Origin: a virus
Taxonomy: Duplodnaviria > Caudoviricetes
Virus record (IMG/VR): IMGVR_UViG_3300031938_000011
Coordinates: 1 to 39,231 of that record
Reading direction: 5' to 3' (one strand)
Length of the DNA stretch: 39,231 nt
Shown here: piece after piece, positions 26,979-35,087 of the stretch
Layout of the letters: every line of letters begins with the position of its first letter
Numbering within the stretch: position 1 is the stretch's first letter
Notes under the pieces: model-generated
The model's input: the letters and a program-made list of their open reading frames with translations, nothing else
Databases searched by the model: none
Told to the model about the DNA's origin: nothing
Translations under genes and position numbers: made by a program

Positions 26979-28411
26979 TCGTCCACCTCCGGCAGCCGGT
27001 AATCGGGATTGGGCTTGCCCTTGTACTCGGCCAACGCGTCCTTGGCCGGGGCCTTGGCGATGTTGAGCGCGGCCATGGTCTTGCCATGGGCCGCTTTGAG
27101 CGCGTCCCACCCCGACCCGTTGCCCTCCTTGGGCCACGGCGGGTCCAACGACCGGAGCCAGTCGAGGGCGTGGGCGACCTTGCGCAGGTGGGCATCCCGG
27201 GCCGCCGTCGTGGACACCGTGTGCTTGAGCGGGAACGAGTGCCGGGTGATCGTCAGGACCTTCTCAGCGATGGGGAGCCGGTTGTCGGTGCATTCCAACC
27301 GGAGCGTGGTGTCATCCAGGGCGGTCAACTGCCACACCGCGTCCACGTCGCCGTACTTGGCCGAGCCGCCGCGCATGCCCTTGCTGGTGTCCTTGCCGGT
27401 GTGGTCGAGCCGCACGCAGGCGATGCCCGCGCCCTTGAGCCGCACACCCGTGTTGCGATAGAAGCCCAGCCACGTGTCGTTGTCGTTCTCCTCGCCCTGC
27501 ACCGCGCGGCTGATGGTGTCGATGACCACCAGGTCCACGCCGTAGTGCTGGGCCACGGCCAGCAGTTGCATGCCGCCCATCGCGGTGTCGAGGTACGCCA
27601 ACGACGGGAACGACAAGTAGCACAGGTTGTCGAGGTGGTGCGGGCCGTAGTTCATGGCGATGAGCCGAGAGCGAATGTCGCCGCGCGGGTCGTTCTCAAA
27701 ATCCACGTACAGCACCCGAAAGGCCCGGTCCACCTTCTGGCCCAACGTCGTGTGACCCAACGAGATGCGCACCGCCAACTCCAACATCAGCAGCGACTTG
27801 CCCACCTTGGGCGCGGAGAACAGGGCGACCAACCGCCGCGCCGGGATGATGGGCTCAAGGATCCATTCCTCCTCGTCGTCCTTGTCCCACAAGTCGTGCC
27901 AGTCCACCAACGGGAACAGCGCCTCGATGCTCGCCGCCATGTCGGCGGCCTCCTCCGGGCTGGTCGGCCCGCCCTCGGTGTGCGTGCCCTCCACGGCCAT
28001 GTCGGAGAGCACCGGCAGGGCCACGGGCGGCACCAGTTGCAGGTCCGGCACGTAGCGCGGCTGGGCCTCCCCAGCCTTGAACGCGGACGCCAACGTGGCC
28101 TCCGTCTCGGACGGCGTGAGCCCAATGGCTACAGCGGTGTCGCGCAGGGCGTCCCACACCACCTCGCGGGCCAGGTACCCGCCCGCCACCAACTGCGCGA
28201 GGTTGAACCCCGACTCATTCAACTGGTCGTTGCGGCGGCCTTCCGGTGCCCGGGCCAGGTCGTCAAGTTCGGACGCCAACGCCTTGGTGGCGTACGGCTT
28301 GCCCTTGTCCACCGGCATGGGCGGGAGCGGCACCACGGTGCCGTTGCGCTTGGCCCGTGGAAACAGGCGTTTGAGGAACTCCGGGCGCTCGTCCGGTTCG
28401 TCAACGGTCAT
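26975..28411 (-). CDS. RepA/DnaB-like AAA helicase with primase C-terminal-like N domain
   Basis: EGRRNDQLN; Walker A SAPKVGKS; YVDFEN; Walker B VVIDT; HTGKD...RGGSA. Confidence 0.85.
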   Translation of the reverse strand: MTVDEPDERPEFLKRLFPRAKRNGTVVPLPPMPVDKGKPYATKALASELDDLARAPEGRRNDQLNESGFNLAQLVAGGYLAREVVWDALRDTAVAIGLTPSETEATLASAFKAGEAQPRYVPDLQLVPPVALPVLSDMAVEGTHTEGGPTSPEEAADMAASIEALFPLVDWHDLWDKDDEEEWILEPIIPARRLVALFSAPKVGKSLLMLELAVRISLGHTTLGQKVDRAFRVLYVDFENDPRGDIRSRLIAMNYGPHHLDNLCYLSFPSLAYLDTAMGGMQLLAVAQHYGVDLVVIDTISRAVQGEENDNDTWLGFYRNTGVRLKGAGIACVRLDHTGKDTSKGMRGGSAKYGDVDAVWQLTALDDTTLRLECTDNRLPIAEKVLTITRHSFPLKHTVSTTAARDAHLRKVAHALDWLRSLDPPWPKEGNGSGWDALKAAHGKTMAALNIAKAPAKDALAEYKGKPNPDYRLPEVDE

Positions 28412-29010
28412 GACCACGGCGTCAGTCCTGGTTGGAAGGGGCGCAAGAACTCGTACGTCCCTTGACCCGTTCGGCTCGGTGGCGCGAGCACGTAGCCGCC
28501 AGCGCCTCGGTAATCGACCCCGGGCACCATCGAGGCCCCGTTGCCCTGCCCGGTGGCCCGCACGTACGCGTGCAGGCCACCAGGGCGTGGGGTGGACACG
28601 GTGGCCAACAACGGCACCCCGGGGGTCAGCCCGTCGTCGGGGTGATCGCGCCACAGTTCGGCCCACGCCTCGTGCCCGCGTACGCCGTCGAAGTCCACGA
28701 CATCAACCAGGTGGCCGGTGGCAATGCCGATGTTGGCGCGCGGGTCGGCCTTCCACCACGCGGCCACCCGGTCCATGTCGCTGGTGCCGTCCTTGCAGCC
28801 CCCGCTGCCCTTGTACGGCACCTTGGTGCCCGGGCTGATCGGGAACACCCGGAACCCCTGCTCGGCGTACCAGAGGGCCGCACCGGCCAGGCTTGCGGAC
28901 GGACGAACGGGCAGGCCGTCGAGCACCACCATGATGCGCTCGACAGCCTCCCAATCGTCGTTGGCCATGGCCTCGCGCAAGTCCTGCTCCACAGCGTCGC
29001 GGTGCAACAT
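28408..29010 (-). CDS. Bifunctional DNA primase/polymerase (Prim-Pol) domain protein
   Basis: GFRVFPI, ANIGIATG, VVDFD, TPRPGGLHAY, GVDYRGAGGYVLAPPS. Confidence 0.9.
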   Translation of the reverse strand: MLHRDAVEQDLREAMANDDWEAVERIMVVLDGLPVRPSASLAGAALWYAEQGFRVFPISPGTKVPYKGSGGCKDGTSDMDRVAAWWKADPRANIGIATGHLVDVVDFDGVRGHEAWAELWRDHPDDGLTPGVPLLATVSTPRPGGLHAYVRATGQGNGASMVPGVDYRGAGGYVLAPPSRTGQGTYEFLRPFQPGLTPWS

Positions 29011-29906
29011 CACACCGGCTCGGGGAACTGCTCGGGCTTGGCACCACCGGCCCGCCACGACAGCACCGAACAGGGCTCCCCGCGACGCCACTTGTTCCAG
29101 GCCTTGAAGATGAGCGCCAGGTGCAGCCGCACGTCGCTGGTCTGTGCGTGCTTGGCCCGTCGCATGAACACCTCGCGCAGTTGGTAGATCGGGCTGTCGG
29201 CGGGGAGGTTCGTGCCGGTGCGCAGGAGGTCGAAGAACGCGGCGGCGTCGGCGGCGTCCACCTGCTCAAGCCGCCAGATCGCCAGTCCGGCAACGCGTGC
29301 CGGGATACGGGTGGCGACGTACACGGCCCGGGCCAACGTCAGCACCTCGCGCAAGTGGGGGTTGCGCTCCAACGTCTCGTGCAACTCCGCGTTGGTGGGG
29401 TCGGCGTTGGCGAAGTTGGCGGCCAACGCTTTGACCTGTTGCCGCTCCCACGCCCACACGATGCGCACCAGGGCGGCCAACTTGATGCAGTCCACCTCTC
29501 CCGACATCTGCAACACGTTGGAGAACTGGCGCTTGCGGCCCGTGTCGATGCTCGCCTGGGCTTCGCGGGTGATCCCCCGCACCACCAGCATGCGCACGGT
29601 GCAGCCGGACTCGACCACGGCGGCGAGGCGGTGCTGGCCGTCCACCAAGATGCCGTTGGCGGTCACCTTGATGGTTTCGCCGTTGTCGGACCAGTCCCCG
29701 CTCAGCATGTCGCGGGCCAGGGCGCTCACCGCACGCTGGCTCAGGTTGCGGTTGCCGATGTTGCCGCCCAACAGGTCGTGGGCCTTGGCGGGCGTGATGT
29801 CCTCCCACTCGACGGTGGGGGCTCGCAACGTCAACGCTGCATACGGTGCGGGCCAGTCATGGGGTGTTGCTTGCGCGGTCATGCCGTTCTCCTTGGTGGT
29901 GTTCAT
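29010..29906 (-). CDS. DGQHR-motif ParB/DndB-like protein (alternative start 29882)
   Basis: ITPAKAHDLL..N..NR, LVDGQHRLAAV, IDTGRKR. Confidence 0.75.
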   Translation of the reverse strand: MNTTKENGMTAQATPHDWPAPYAALTLRAPTVEWEDITPAKAHDLLGGNIGNRNLSQRAVSALARDMLSGDWSDNGETIKVTANGILVDGQHRLAAVVESGCTVRMLVVRGITREAQASIDTGRKRQFSNVLQMSGEVDCIKLAALVRIVWAWERQQVKALAANFANADPTNAELHETLERNPHLREVLTLARAVYVATRIPARVAGLAIWRLEQVDAADAAAFFDLLRTGTNLPADSPIYQLREVFMRRAKHAQTSDVRLHLALIFKAWNKWRRGEPCSVLSWRAGGAKPEQFPEPV

Positions 29907-30106
29907 CGCTTCCACTCCGTGCCGTCGTGGAATCCCTCGGTGTAGCCGTTGGCGTACGCGGTCTCTACGGGGCTACGGCGACGCCCGTGCAAGCGCGCAC
30001 GGCGGTTGCCGGTGGTCGTGGTGCACCAGTCCCCTGGCCGCGCTTCACAGCGCGGACAGGGGACCAGCAGCACCAGCCCCTCGGTGGGTGACTCGTGACG
30101 GTTCAT
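29903..30106 (-). CDS. Small zinc-finger protein
   Basis: CPRCEARPGDWC...H; ATGA coupling. Confidence 0.65.
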   Translation of the reverse strand: MNRHESPTEGLVLLVPCPRCEARPGDWCTTTTGNRRARLHGRRRSPVETAYANGYTEGFHDGTEWKR

Positions 30107-30393
30107 CGGGGCGACGCCTGCCGGGGTATCAGCCGGTAGCACCACAGCCCGTTGCCGTGATACCGACGCTCCACGGTGTGCCCGCCGTGCTTGGGCTTGC
30201 GGAGGTCACGCAGCCGGGCGCTCACGGACGCCTCGGGGTATCCGAGGCGGGCCGATAGTTCGCTCAACGTGTGCCACCGCCCGTCAGCCATGGCGGCCCG
30301 CACAGCCCGTTGCTGGCGGGCCAACCGCTCCCCGTCCCGGTCGGCGTCGTACGTCGCACCGTCGTAGGCGCGAGCCATGCCCTGCATGCTCAT
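30103..30393 (-). CDS. Winged-HTH DNA-binding protein
   Basis: WHTLSELSARLGYPEASVSARLRDLRK...YRL. Confidence 0.7.
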   Translation of the reverse strand: MSMQGMARAYDGATYDADRDGERLARQQRAVRAAMADGRWHTLSELSARLGYPEASVSARLRDLRKPKHGGHTVERRYHGNGLWCYRLIPRQASPR

Positions 30394-30821
30394 CAGAAAG
30401 GGGGCTCGCTGCTGGCGGGCTGGCTGAACTGCCGCGACGACAGCCGCCGCATGAAATCGCCCGCCGCGTTGCGGTCGGCGTCGGTGACCTTGCCGTCCAG
30501 AATCCACGGAGCCGACTGGCCCTTCTTCGCCTCGCCCCGACCGAGGCGGGCAAGCACCTTCTGCCCGATGCTCCCCCGCAACTGGCCCTGCATGACGCGC
30601 GGGAAGATGAGCGCATCGCTGCGCACCAAGCCAGCGTGCGGGCCGTCGATCACGTACACGTTGGCGCGCACGGCGCTGGTCTTTTGGCCCGGCTCGGTGA
30701 ACGCCGTCTGAATGTGCTCGATGTCCTCGGTTGGCTCGACAACCAACAGGCTGCCCATCAGGCCTTGCAGGTCGAGGGGATCGCCGCCCGGCGCGGACGG
30801 TGCTGCGAACTCATCGGACAT
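30393..30821 (-). CDS. Probable single-stranded DNA-binding protein
   Basis: 142 aa, beta-rich; C-terminal tail EPPF; follows the exonuclease. Confidence 0.5.
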   Translation of the reverse strand: MSDEFAAPSAPGGDPLDLQGLMGSLLVVEPTEDIEHIQTAFTEPGQKTSAVRANVYVIDGPHAGLVRSDALIFPRVMQGQLRGSIGQKVLARLGRGEAKKGQSAPWILDGKVTDADRNAAGDFMRRLSSRQFSQPASSEPPF

Positions 30822-30860
30822 GGTGGTGGTGCTCCTTCTTCATAGGGGTTGGGTGTTGCA

Positions 30861-31862
30861 TCACGCCAGGGCCGCAACGCGGGCCTTGGCGAGGTTGGTG
30901 AGGTCGTCAGTCCATGCGGCCCGGTGGTCGCGCCACAGGGCGTCCAGGGCCGCACGGTCGGGGGCATTGGCCACGGCGGTGGCGAGGTCGATCAGCACCT
31001 CGCCGTCCTGCACCGGCTCGGACGGCACCGGGGCATCCCACGGGGCGAACAGGTCGCGCATCTTCTTAGCCCGTTGGGCGCGCACGGCCCGGCACACCTT
31101 CACCGCCTCCCATCCGGCCAGGAGGTCCACCCAATGCAGGGTGCACCGCCCGGTCCCAGCGGGCAGGTGGATCACGATGCCCCGCTCGATGCTCGCCCCG
31201 TGCGCGTCCATGCGCTGGTCGGTGGTCACGTCGTAGGGCGTACTGCGTGCGTACACAGCAAGTTGCGCCGCGATCTTGAGCGAGCCGAACTGCACGTCTC
31301 CGGTCTTGAGGTCCGCGATGTACCGCTTGCCGCCCACCTGCACCACGCGGTCAGGGGTGCCGCCGATCCCGAGGAAGTCCTGGACGGTGAACTGCTCGAT
31401 CTGCACGTGCTTGAGTGGCCCGGTGGCGACCTTGTACGCGGCGAGGTCGGGCACGTACGCGTCGGCAGGGCGCGGGTGCACCAGGTGGGGCACCGGCACG
31501 GCGGCGGGGTCCTCGCCACGGTCGGCGGCCTCGGTCACCGCGTGCATGTACGTGCCCCACCGAGCGGAATCGCCTGCCCCCGCAGCCTCCTTGGCTTCCT
31601 CGCACAGGTCGTTCAACGGCGTCTTGTGCTCGTCGTTGTCGAGCGACAGGCCCGCGATGGTGTCGCGCAGGGTGGCGCTGGTGGCCACGCCCATGGCGAC
31701 GTGCCGCTCCTTCCAGCGCACGATGTTGAAGTTGTCCTCAATGGCTCCCACGTACGTGGTGCACCGCGTGTAGGTGGTGCGACGCCCGCCCGGGGTCAGC
31801 ACGTACGGACGGCCCCACCGATCCCGCTCGGGCTCGGGCCTGGGGCTGGTGAACTCAGTCAT
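30861..31862 (-). CDS. PD-(D/E)xK (RecE/Cas4-like) exonuclease
   Basis: RDRWGRP, WGTYMH, GTPDR, IADLKTG, QLAVYA; RBS GAGGAG. Confidence 0.85.
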   Translation of the reverse strand: MTEFTSPRPEPERDRWGRPYVLTPGGRRTTYTRCTTYVGAIEDNFNIVRWKERHVAMGVATSATLRDTIAGLSLDNDEHKTPLNDLCEEAKEAAGAGDSARWGTYMHAVTEAADRGEDPAAVPVPHLVHPRPADAYVPDLAAYKVATGPLKHVQIEQFTVQDFLGIGGTPDRVVQVGGKRYIADLKTGDVQFGSLKIAAQLAVYARSTPYDVTTDQRMDAHGASIERGIVIHLPAGTGRCTLHWVDLLAGWEAVKVCRAVRAQRAKKMRDLFAPWDAPVPSEPVQDGEVLIDLATAVANAPDRAALDALWRDHRAAWTDDLTNLAKARVAALA

Positions 31863-32263
31863 GCGGTCGCTCCTCGGTTTGCTTCGTGGTCGTAGGGCTG
31901 CACCATGCGGAGGCGCTGCCGGTAGGTGGTCCCGGCCCACACGCCGAACAGCGCGCGGCCCGCACGGGCTTCGCCCAGGGCGTAGTCCAAGCACTCACGA
32001 CGCACCGGGCAGGCCCGGCACGTCAGCACCGCCATGCGGTTCTCAGCCGTGTAGCCGTCCGGCTGCGGGAACCAGGCCTCGGGGTTGCCGGTCGTGGCGC
32101 AAGCCGCGTACTGCATCCACGGCTCCCCCGTGCCGATGTCGTCAATGCGGGCCATGCATTCCTCGCTCGGGTTGGGCTTGGCGCGGTCGCACGTCCACCA
32201 GGGGCGACGCATGACCAGGTGCCGGTCGGGCATGTCGCTGTGAACTCGCACCTGATCGGTCAT
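31859..32263 (-). CDS. whiB: WhiB-family Fe-S transcription factor (alternative start 32155)
   Basis: AAC...WFP...CRACPVRREC...GVWAG. Confidence 0.9.
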   Translation of the reverse strand: MTDQVRVHSDMPDRHLVMRRPWWTCDRAKPNPSEECMARIDDIGTGEPWMQYAACATTGNPEAWFPQPDGYTAENRMAVLTCRACPVRRECLDYALGEARAGRALFGVWAGTTYRQRLRMVQPYDHEANRGATA

Positions 32264-32787
32264 CGCTCGCACCGGCTCAGGACGATGAGCGCGCCGGGGC
32301 GGTCGAGGAGGAACGGCAACGGGTACCGGGCGACGGTGCTCGGGTACACCTTGGTGGCGAACACCTGGCACACCCGGCTGTCGTCGGCGTACACCCCGGC
32401 GCTGGTCAGGGCGTCGCACGTGCTGCGGATCAACTTGTCAATGTCGGGCTTGGTGGCGTGATAGGCCGGAGCGTTGTCGCGCAACAGGTGCGCGAACTTG
32501 CCGGTCCGGTAGTGGCTGCGGGGGCGAGGCAGCGCGAACGTCACATGCATCAGCAGCCGGTCGGCGGCGGGCTCCCACCACGGCGACGTGGCCATGGCTT
32601 CCAACGCGGCTTGGCGAACGTCCGCGCGCCACGGCTTCACCTTCGCGCTTGATTCGACCATCACGCCGTGGCCTACGTGCCGCTTGCTGCCCTGGGGGGC
32701 GGGCGTGCCGTAGACGAGGATCACCAAGCGGCGTTGGGCTGCGGCGTTCGGCGGGTGCAACAGGGTTGGGGCAGTGACATCGGGCAT
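32260..32787 (-). CDS. rusA: RusA-like Holliday junction resolvase
   Basis: PAPQGSKR, VKPWR, KPDIDKLIRSTCDALT, YADDSRV. Confidence 0.9.
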   Translation of the reverse strand: MPDVTAPTLLHPPNAAAQRRLVILVYGTPAPQGSKRHVGHGVMVESSAKVKPWRADVRQAALEAMATSPWWEPAADRLLMHVTFALPRPRSHYRTGKFAHLLRDNAPAYHATKPDIDKLIRSTCDALTSAGVYADDSRVCQVFATKVYPSTVARYPLPFLLDRPGALIVLSRCER

Positions 32788-32826
32788 AGGGGCTCCCGGA
32801 GGTGTCGCGGAATGGGGGGAGGGGTG

Positions 32827-32940
32827 TTACCGGGTCAGCACGCCCACGACGGCGGCGAGCAGCACGACCCACAAGGTGGCGAGGGCGAACAAGATCGCTG
32901 CCCACACAGCGACCACCGGCCAATCGGTGCGCCGGTTCAC
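32827..32940 (-). CDS. 37-aa single-TM protein (below the ORF track cutoff)
   Basis: MNRRTDWPVVAVWAAILFALATLWVVLLAAVVGVLTR*; GTGA overlap with the upstream gene. Confidence 0.6.
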   Translation of the reverse strand: MNRRTDWPVVAVWAAILFALATLWVVLLAAVVGVLTR

Positions 32941-33182
32941 GGACGCTCCCGCTCGGTGGGCAGCGAGTGCAAGAAGGCCTCGATGCTGGCCACCGGGATC
33001 AGTCGCCGCCTGCCGATGAAACGGGATTCGATGATCTGCTCATCGAGCAGTTGGTAGGCCCGGGCGCGGCTGATGCTCAACATGCGGGCCATGTCCGAGA
33101 CGGTGACGGCGAGTGGCCCGGGCGATGTCGGCCTGGGCGGTGCCGCGCACAACGGACAGGGGTCGGTCGTGATGGTGCTCAC
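32937..33182 (-). CDS. Excisionase / Cro-like HTH DNA-binding protein
   Basis: VTVSDMARMLSISRARAYQLL...IGRRRLIPVASIEAFL. Confidence 0.85.
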   Translation of the reverse strand: MSTITTDPCPLCAAPPRPTSPGPLAVTVSDMARMLSISRARAYQLLDEQIIESRFIGRRRLIPVASIEAFLHSLPTERERP

Positions 33183-33386
33183 CAGGGGGGTGTCCTTGCT
33201 TGTCGAGACGTGTGAGGGCGGGTGCGGGCATGGGGCACCCGCCCTCCCGAGAGGGCGGAATCGGCTTGCAGGCTTGGGCTTTCGGCTCCTCGGACGGTCC
33301 GTTACCAGCCGTGCACCTGGTTGGTGACACGGGGCACGTGGACCCCGGGACCGCTTGACCCGGATGGGTCATTGCGGTGTGTCCAC

Positions 33387-33417
33387 ACAGTACCGATGAG
33401 TACTACCGACGTAGCAA
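33387..33417 (-). promoter_or_regulatory. Candidate leftward promoter for the xis-replication operon
   Basis: TTGCTA-19 nt-TACTGT on the minus strand. Confidence 0.4.
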
Positions 33418-33483
33418 TACCCGGTCAGGACCGGGTTTCTCGGGGTCCGTACCCGGTCCGCACCGCACCCCCGTGAGACCGTT

Positions 33484-33513
33484 TTGTGTACGGCTCGGGG
33501 GGTGCCTTACAGT
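33484..33513 (+). promoter_or_regulatory. Candidate rightward promoter for the RHH gene
   Basis: TTGTGT-18 nt-TACAGT. Confidence 0.5.
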
Positions 33514-33588
33514 GATGCAAGCACCAAGCATGTCTCCCCTGACAGCAGCCTGACGACCGACAACCGAACACGCAGGAAGCCACGACCC

Positions 33589-33801
33589 ATGCCGCGCATG
33601 CCCAAGTTCGATTACCGCTGCCCCGCCGACCTCCACCACCGCGTTGCTATCAAGGCCCAGCGCAACGGCGAGTCCATCGGGGCGGTGATCCGCCGAGCGT
33701 TCCAGGAGTACGTCAGCCCCAAGGCCACGGAGCGCAAGCACCCCAACCGCCGCGCCACCGACGAGGAGCGCGCCCGCCAGTCCCAGCAGCGCAGCGCATG
33801 A
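33589..33801 (+). CDS. Arc-like ribbon-helix-helix regulator
   Basis: MPKFDYRCPADLHHRVAIKAQRNGESIGAVIRRAFQEY resembles P22 Arc (MPQFNLRWP...AEENGRS); divergent from xis. Confidence 0.75.
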   Translation: MPRMPKFDYRCPADLHHRVAIKAQRNGESIGAVIRRAFQEYVSPKATERKHPNRRATDEERARQSQQRSA

Positions 33802-34022
33802 CGGGCCAGGACCGGCCCGTGCCTCGCCCCAAGGGCGTGCGCTACGTGATGCCCAACGGCGACACGTTGCCGCTGGAACTCACGTACGTGGGGCTGGACC
33901 AGGAGGACGGCACCCATATGTGGTTGGCGGCCACCCCGTTGCCGCCCGGTGCCGTGGTCCGCGCCGACATCTGGCCAGCGCACACCGGGGTGTCGTTCCC
34001 CGTGGGGCCACCCGATGCCTGA
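33798..34022 (+). CDS. Hypothetical protein
   Basis: 74 aa; ATGA overlap with the RHH gene; GC-rich third positions. Confidence 0.65.
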   Translation: MTGQDRPVPRPKGVRYVMPNGDTLPLELTYVGLDQEDGTHMWLAATPLPPGAVVRADIWPAHTGVSFPVGPPDA

Positions 34023-34554
34023 GCCACCCCGTCCAGGGCGACCGCAAGGCGGCATGAAATCCGACGCGGGCCGGGCCGCCTACTGGCGGTTGCAGTGGGA
34101 GTCGGCCATTGGTGCGTTGGCCGACCTCATCGCGGAGCACGCCGAAACCGTCGAGGAACTGGAACGGGCTGCGCGCCGAGGGTCAGGTGCCCCGAGGACG
34201 CCCGGACATACGACGAGGCCCCCACCCGGAGGTGGGGGCCTCGTCTCCCCTTGCAACGCCTGCCCGGCAACGCACCGACCCCCGGTGAACCGGAGGAGCG
34301 AACCTGACGGCTCACCGGGGGCGGCGTGCCAAACATTACCCCAGCGGCTCCATGTGCCCCGCTGGCGGCCCGGTGGCCCCGGGCCGGGGTGTCCGTACCC
34401 CCAGCCGGGGCCAGCGAGCCACAGCGCCCGCTACAGCCCTTGCGCGGCCACGTCGGGGTCGGGGTGCCCCGTGGCGTTCAGGTGCCGGGACAGCGAATAC
34501 GACGGCGAACGGGTGTCCTCCTCGGTGACCACGAAGTCACAGCCCGGCTCGTAG
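34015..34554 (+). CDS. Hypothetical protein (first ~55 codons look real, 3' end doubtful)
   Basis: AYWRLQWESAIGALADLIAEHAETVEELERAARR is helical; the frame then runs through hairpins and overlaps the minus gene. Confidence 0.35.
   Translation: MPEPPRPGRPQGGMKSDAGRAAYWRLQWESAIGALADLIAEHAETVEELERAARRGSGAPRTPGHTTRPPPGGGGLVSPCNACPATHRPPVNRRSEPDGSPGAACQTLPQRLHVPRWRPGGPGPGCPYPQPGPASHSARYSPCAATSGSGCPVAFRCRDSEYDGERVSSSVTTKSQPGS
34207..34327 (-). ncRNA. Candidate trans-acting anti-RBS small RNA
   Basis: -10 TAATGT at 34333-34338; long stem 34273-34326 with loop UCAGGUUCGCUCCUC; terminator hairpin 34212-34245. Confidence 0.5.
34212..34245. terminator. 15-bp perfect hairpin, probable terminator
   Basis: GACGAGGCCCCCACC cgga GGTGGGGGCCTCGTC at the convergence of plus and minus gene blocks. 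Confidence 0.75.
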
Positions 34555-35087
34555 CATTTCCACACGCCGTTGAGCCGGTCGCGCTGGTGCGGAATATCGG
34601 GCCGCCCGGGGCCGGGCTTGCCGTACCGCTCGACGTATTCCGCTGGGGTGATCGCATGCCGGGCATGCAAATGCTGGTGGAATGCGTCGAGGTTGATGCT
34701 GGGCGCACGTTGGGTGCAGCCCTTCACCCGACACTTGAACGGCCCCCACACCTTGGTGCCCGGCTTGGGGAACTTCCGGCCCCCGCTGTCCTTGGCTCGG
34801 TGTGATCGGTCGCCCGTCGTCGTCCTGACGCCCGGTGCCGGTTGGGCGAGGCCCACCGGCTGGCGTCCCACCATGCTGGGTTGCAGCGACACCCCCCACG
34901 CGTTGAGGGCGTCAATCAACGGGACCACCAACTCCTTGTGGTGCCGGTCGCACAGGTCGATGGTGCGTGGCTTGGCCCCCTTGGCGCTGGTGTCCAGGAC
35001 CATCGGCGCGGTGGTCGTGGCGGGCTCCTGGCTCTCGGGGTCGGCCTCCAAACACGCGTCGCACCACGCGATGATTTGCTTAGCCAT
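34431..35087 (-). CDS. Lsr2-like N-terminal domain fused to two C2H2-type zinc fingers
   Basis: MAKQIIAWCDAC...RTIDLCDRHHKEL; CRVKGC...HLHARH; CYEPGC...HLNATGH. Confidence 0.6.
   Translation of the reverse strand: MAKQIIAWCDACLEADPESQEPATTTAPMVLDTSAKGAKPRTIDLCDRHHKELVVPLIDALNAWGVSLQPSMVGRQPVGLAQPAPGVRTTTGDRSHRAKDSGGRKFPKPGTKVWGPFKCRVKGCTQRAPSINLDAFHQHLHARHAITPAEYVERYGKPGPGRPDIPHQRDRLNGVWKCYEPGCDFVVTEEDTRSPSYSLSRHLNATGHPDPDVAAQGL

Noticed and set aside
30861-31862. Cas4-like nuclease as evidence of a CRISPR system
   Set aside because: A stand-alone phage PD-(D/E)xK recombination exonuclease in a replication module
25574-32263. Shared PDRH(V/L)..RR peptide in ORF 25574-25765 and the WhiB N-terminal extension
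   Set aside because: 12-nt GC-rich match and the WhiB start is uncertain; too short to support
33040-33476. ORFs 33040-33372 and 33222-33476 in the divergent region
   Set aside because: Low-complexity translations with no RBS that overlap promoter-like elements; treated as non-coding
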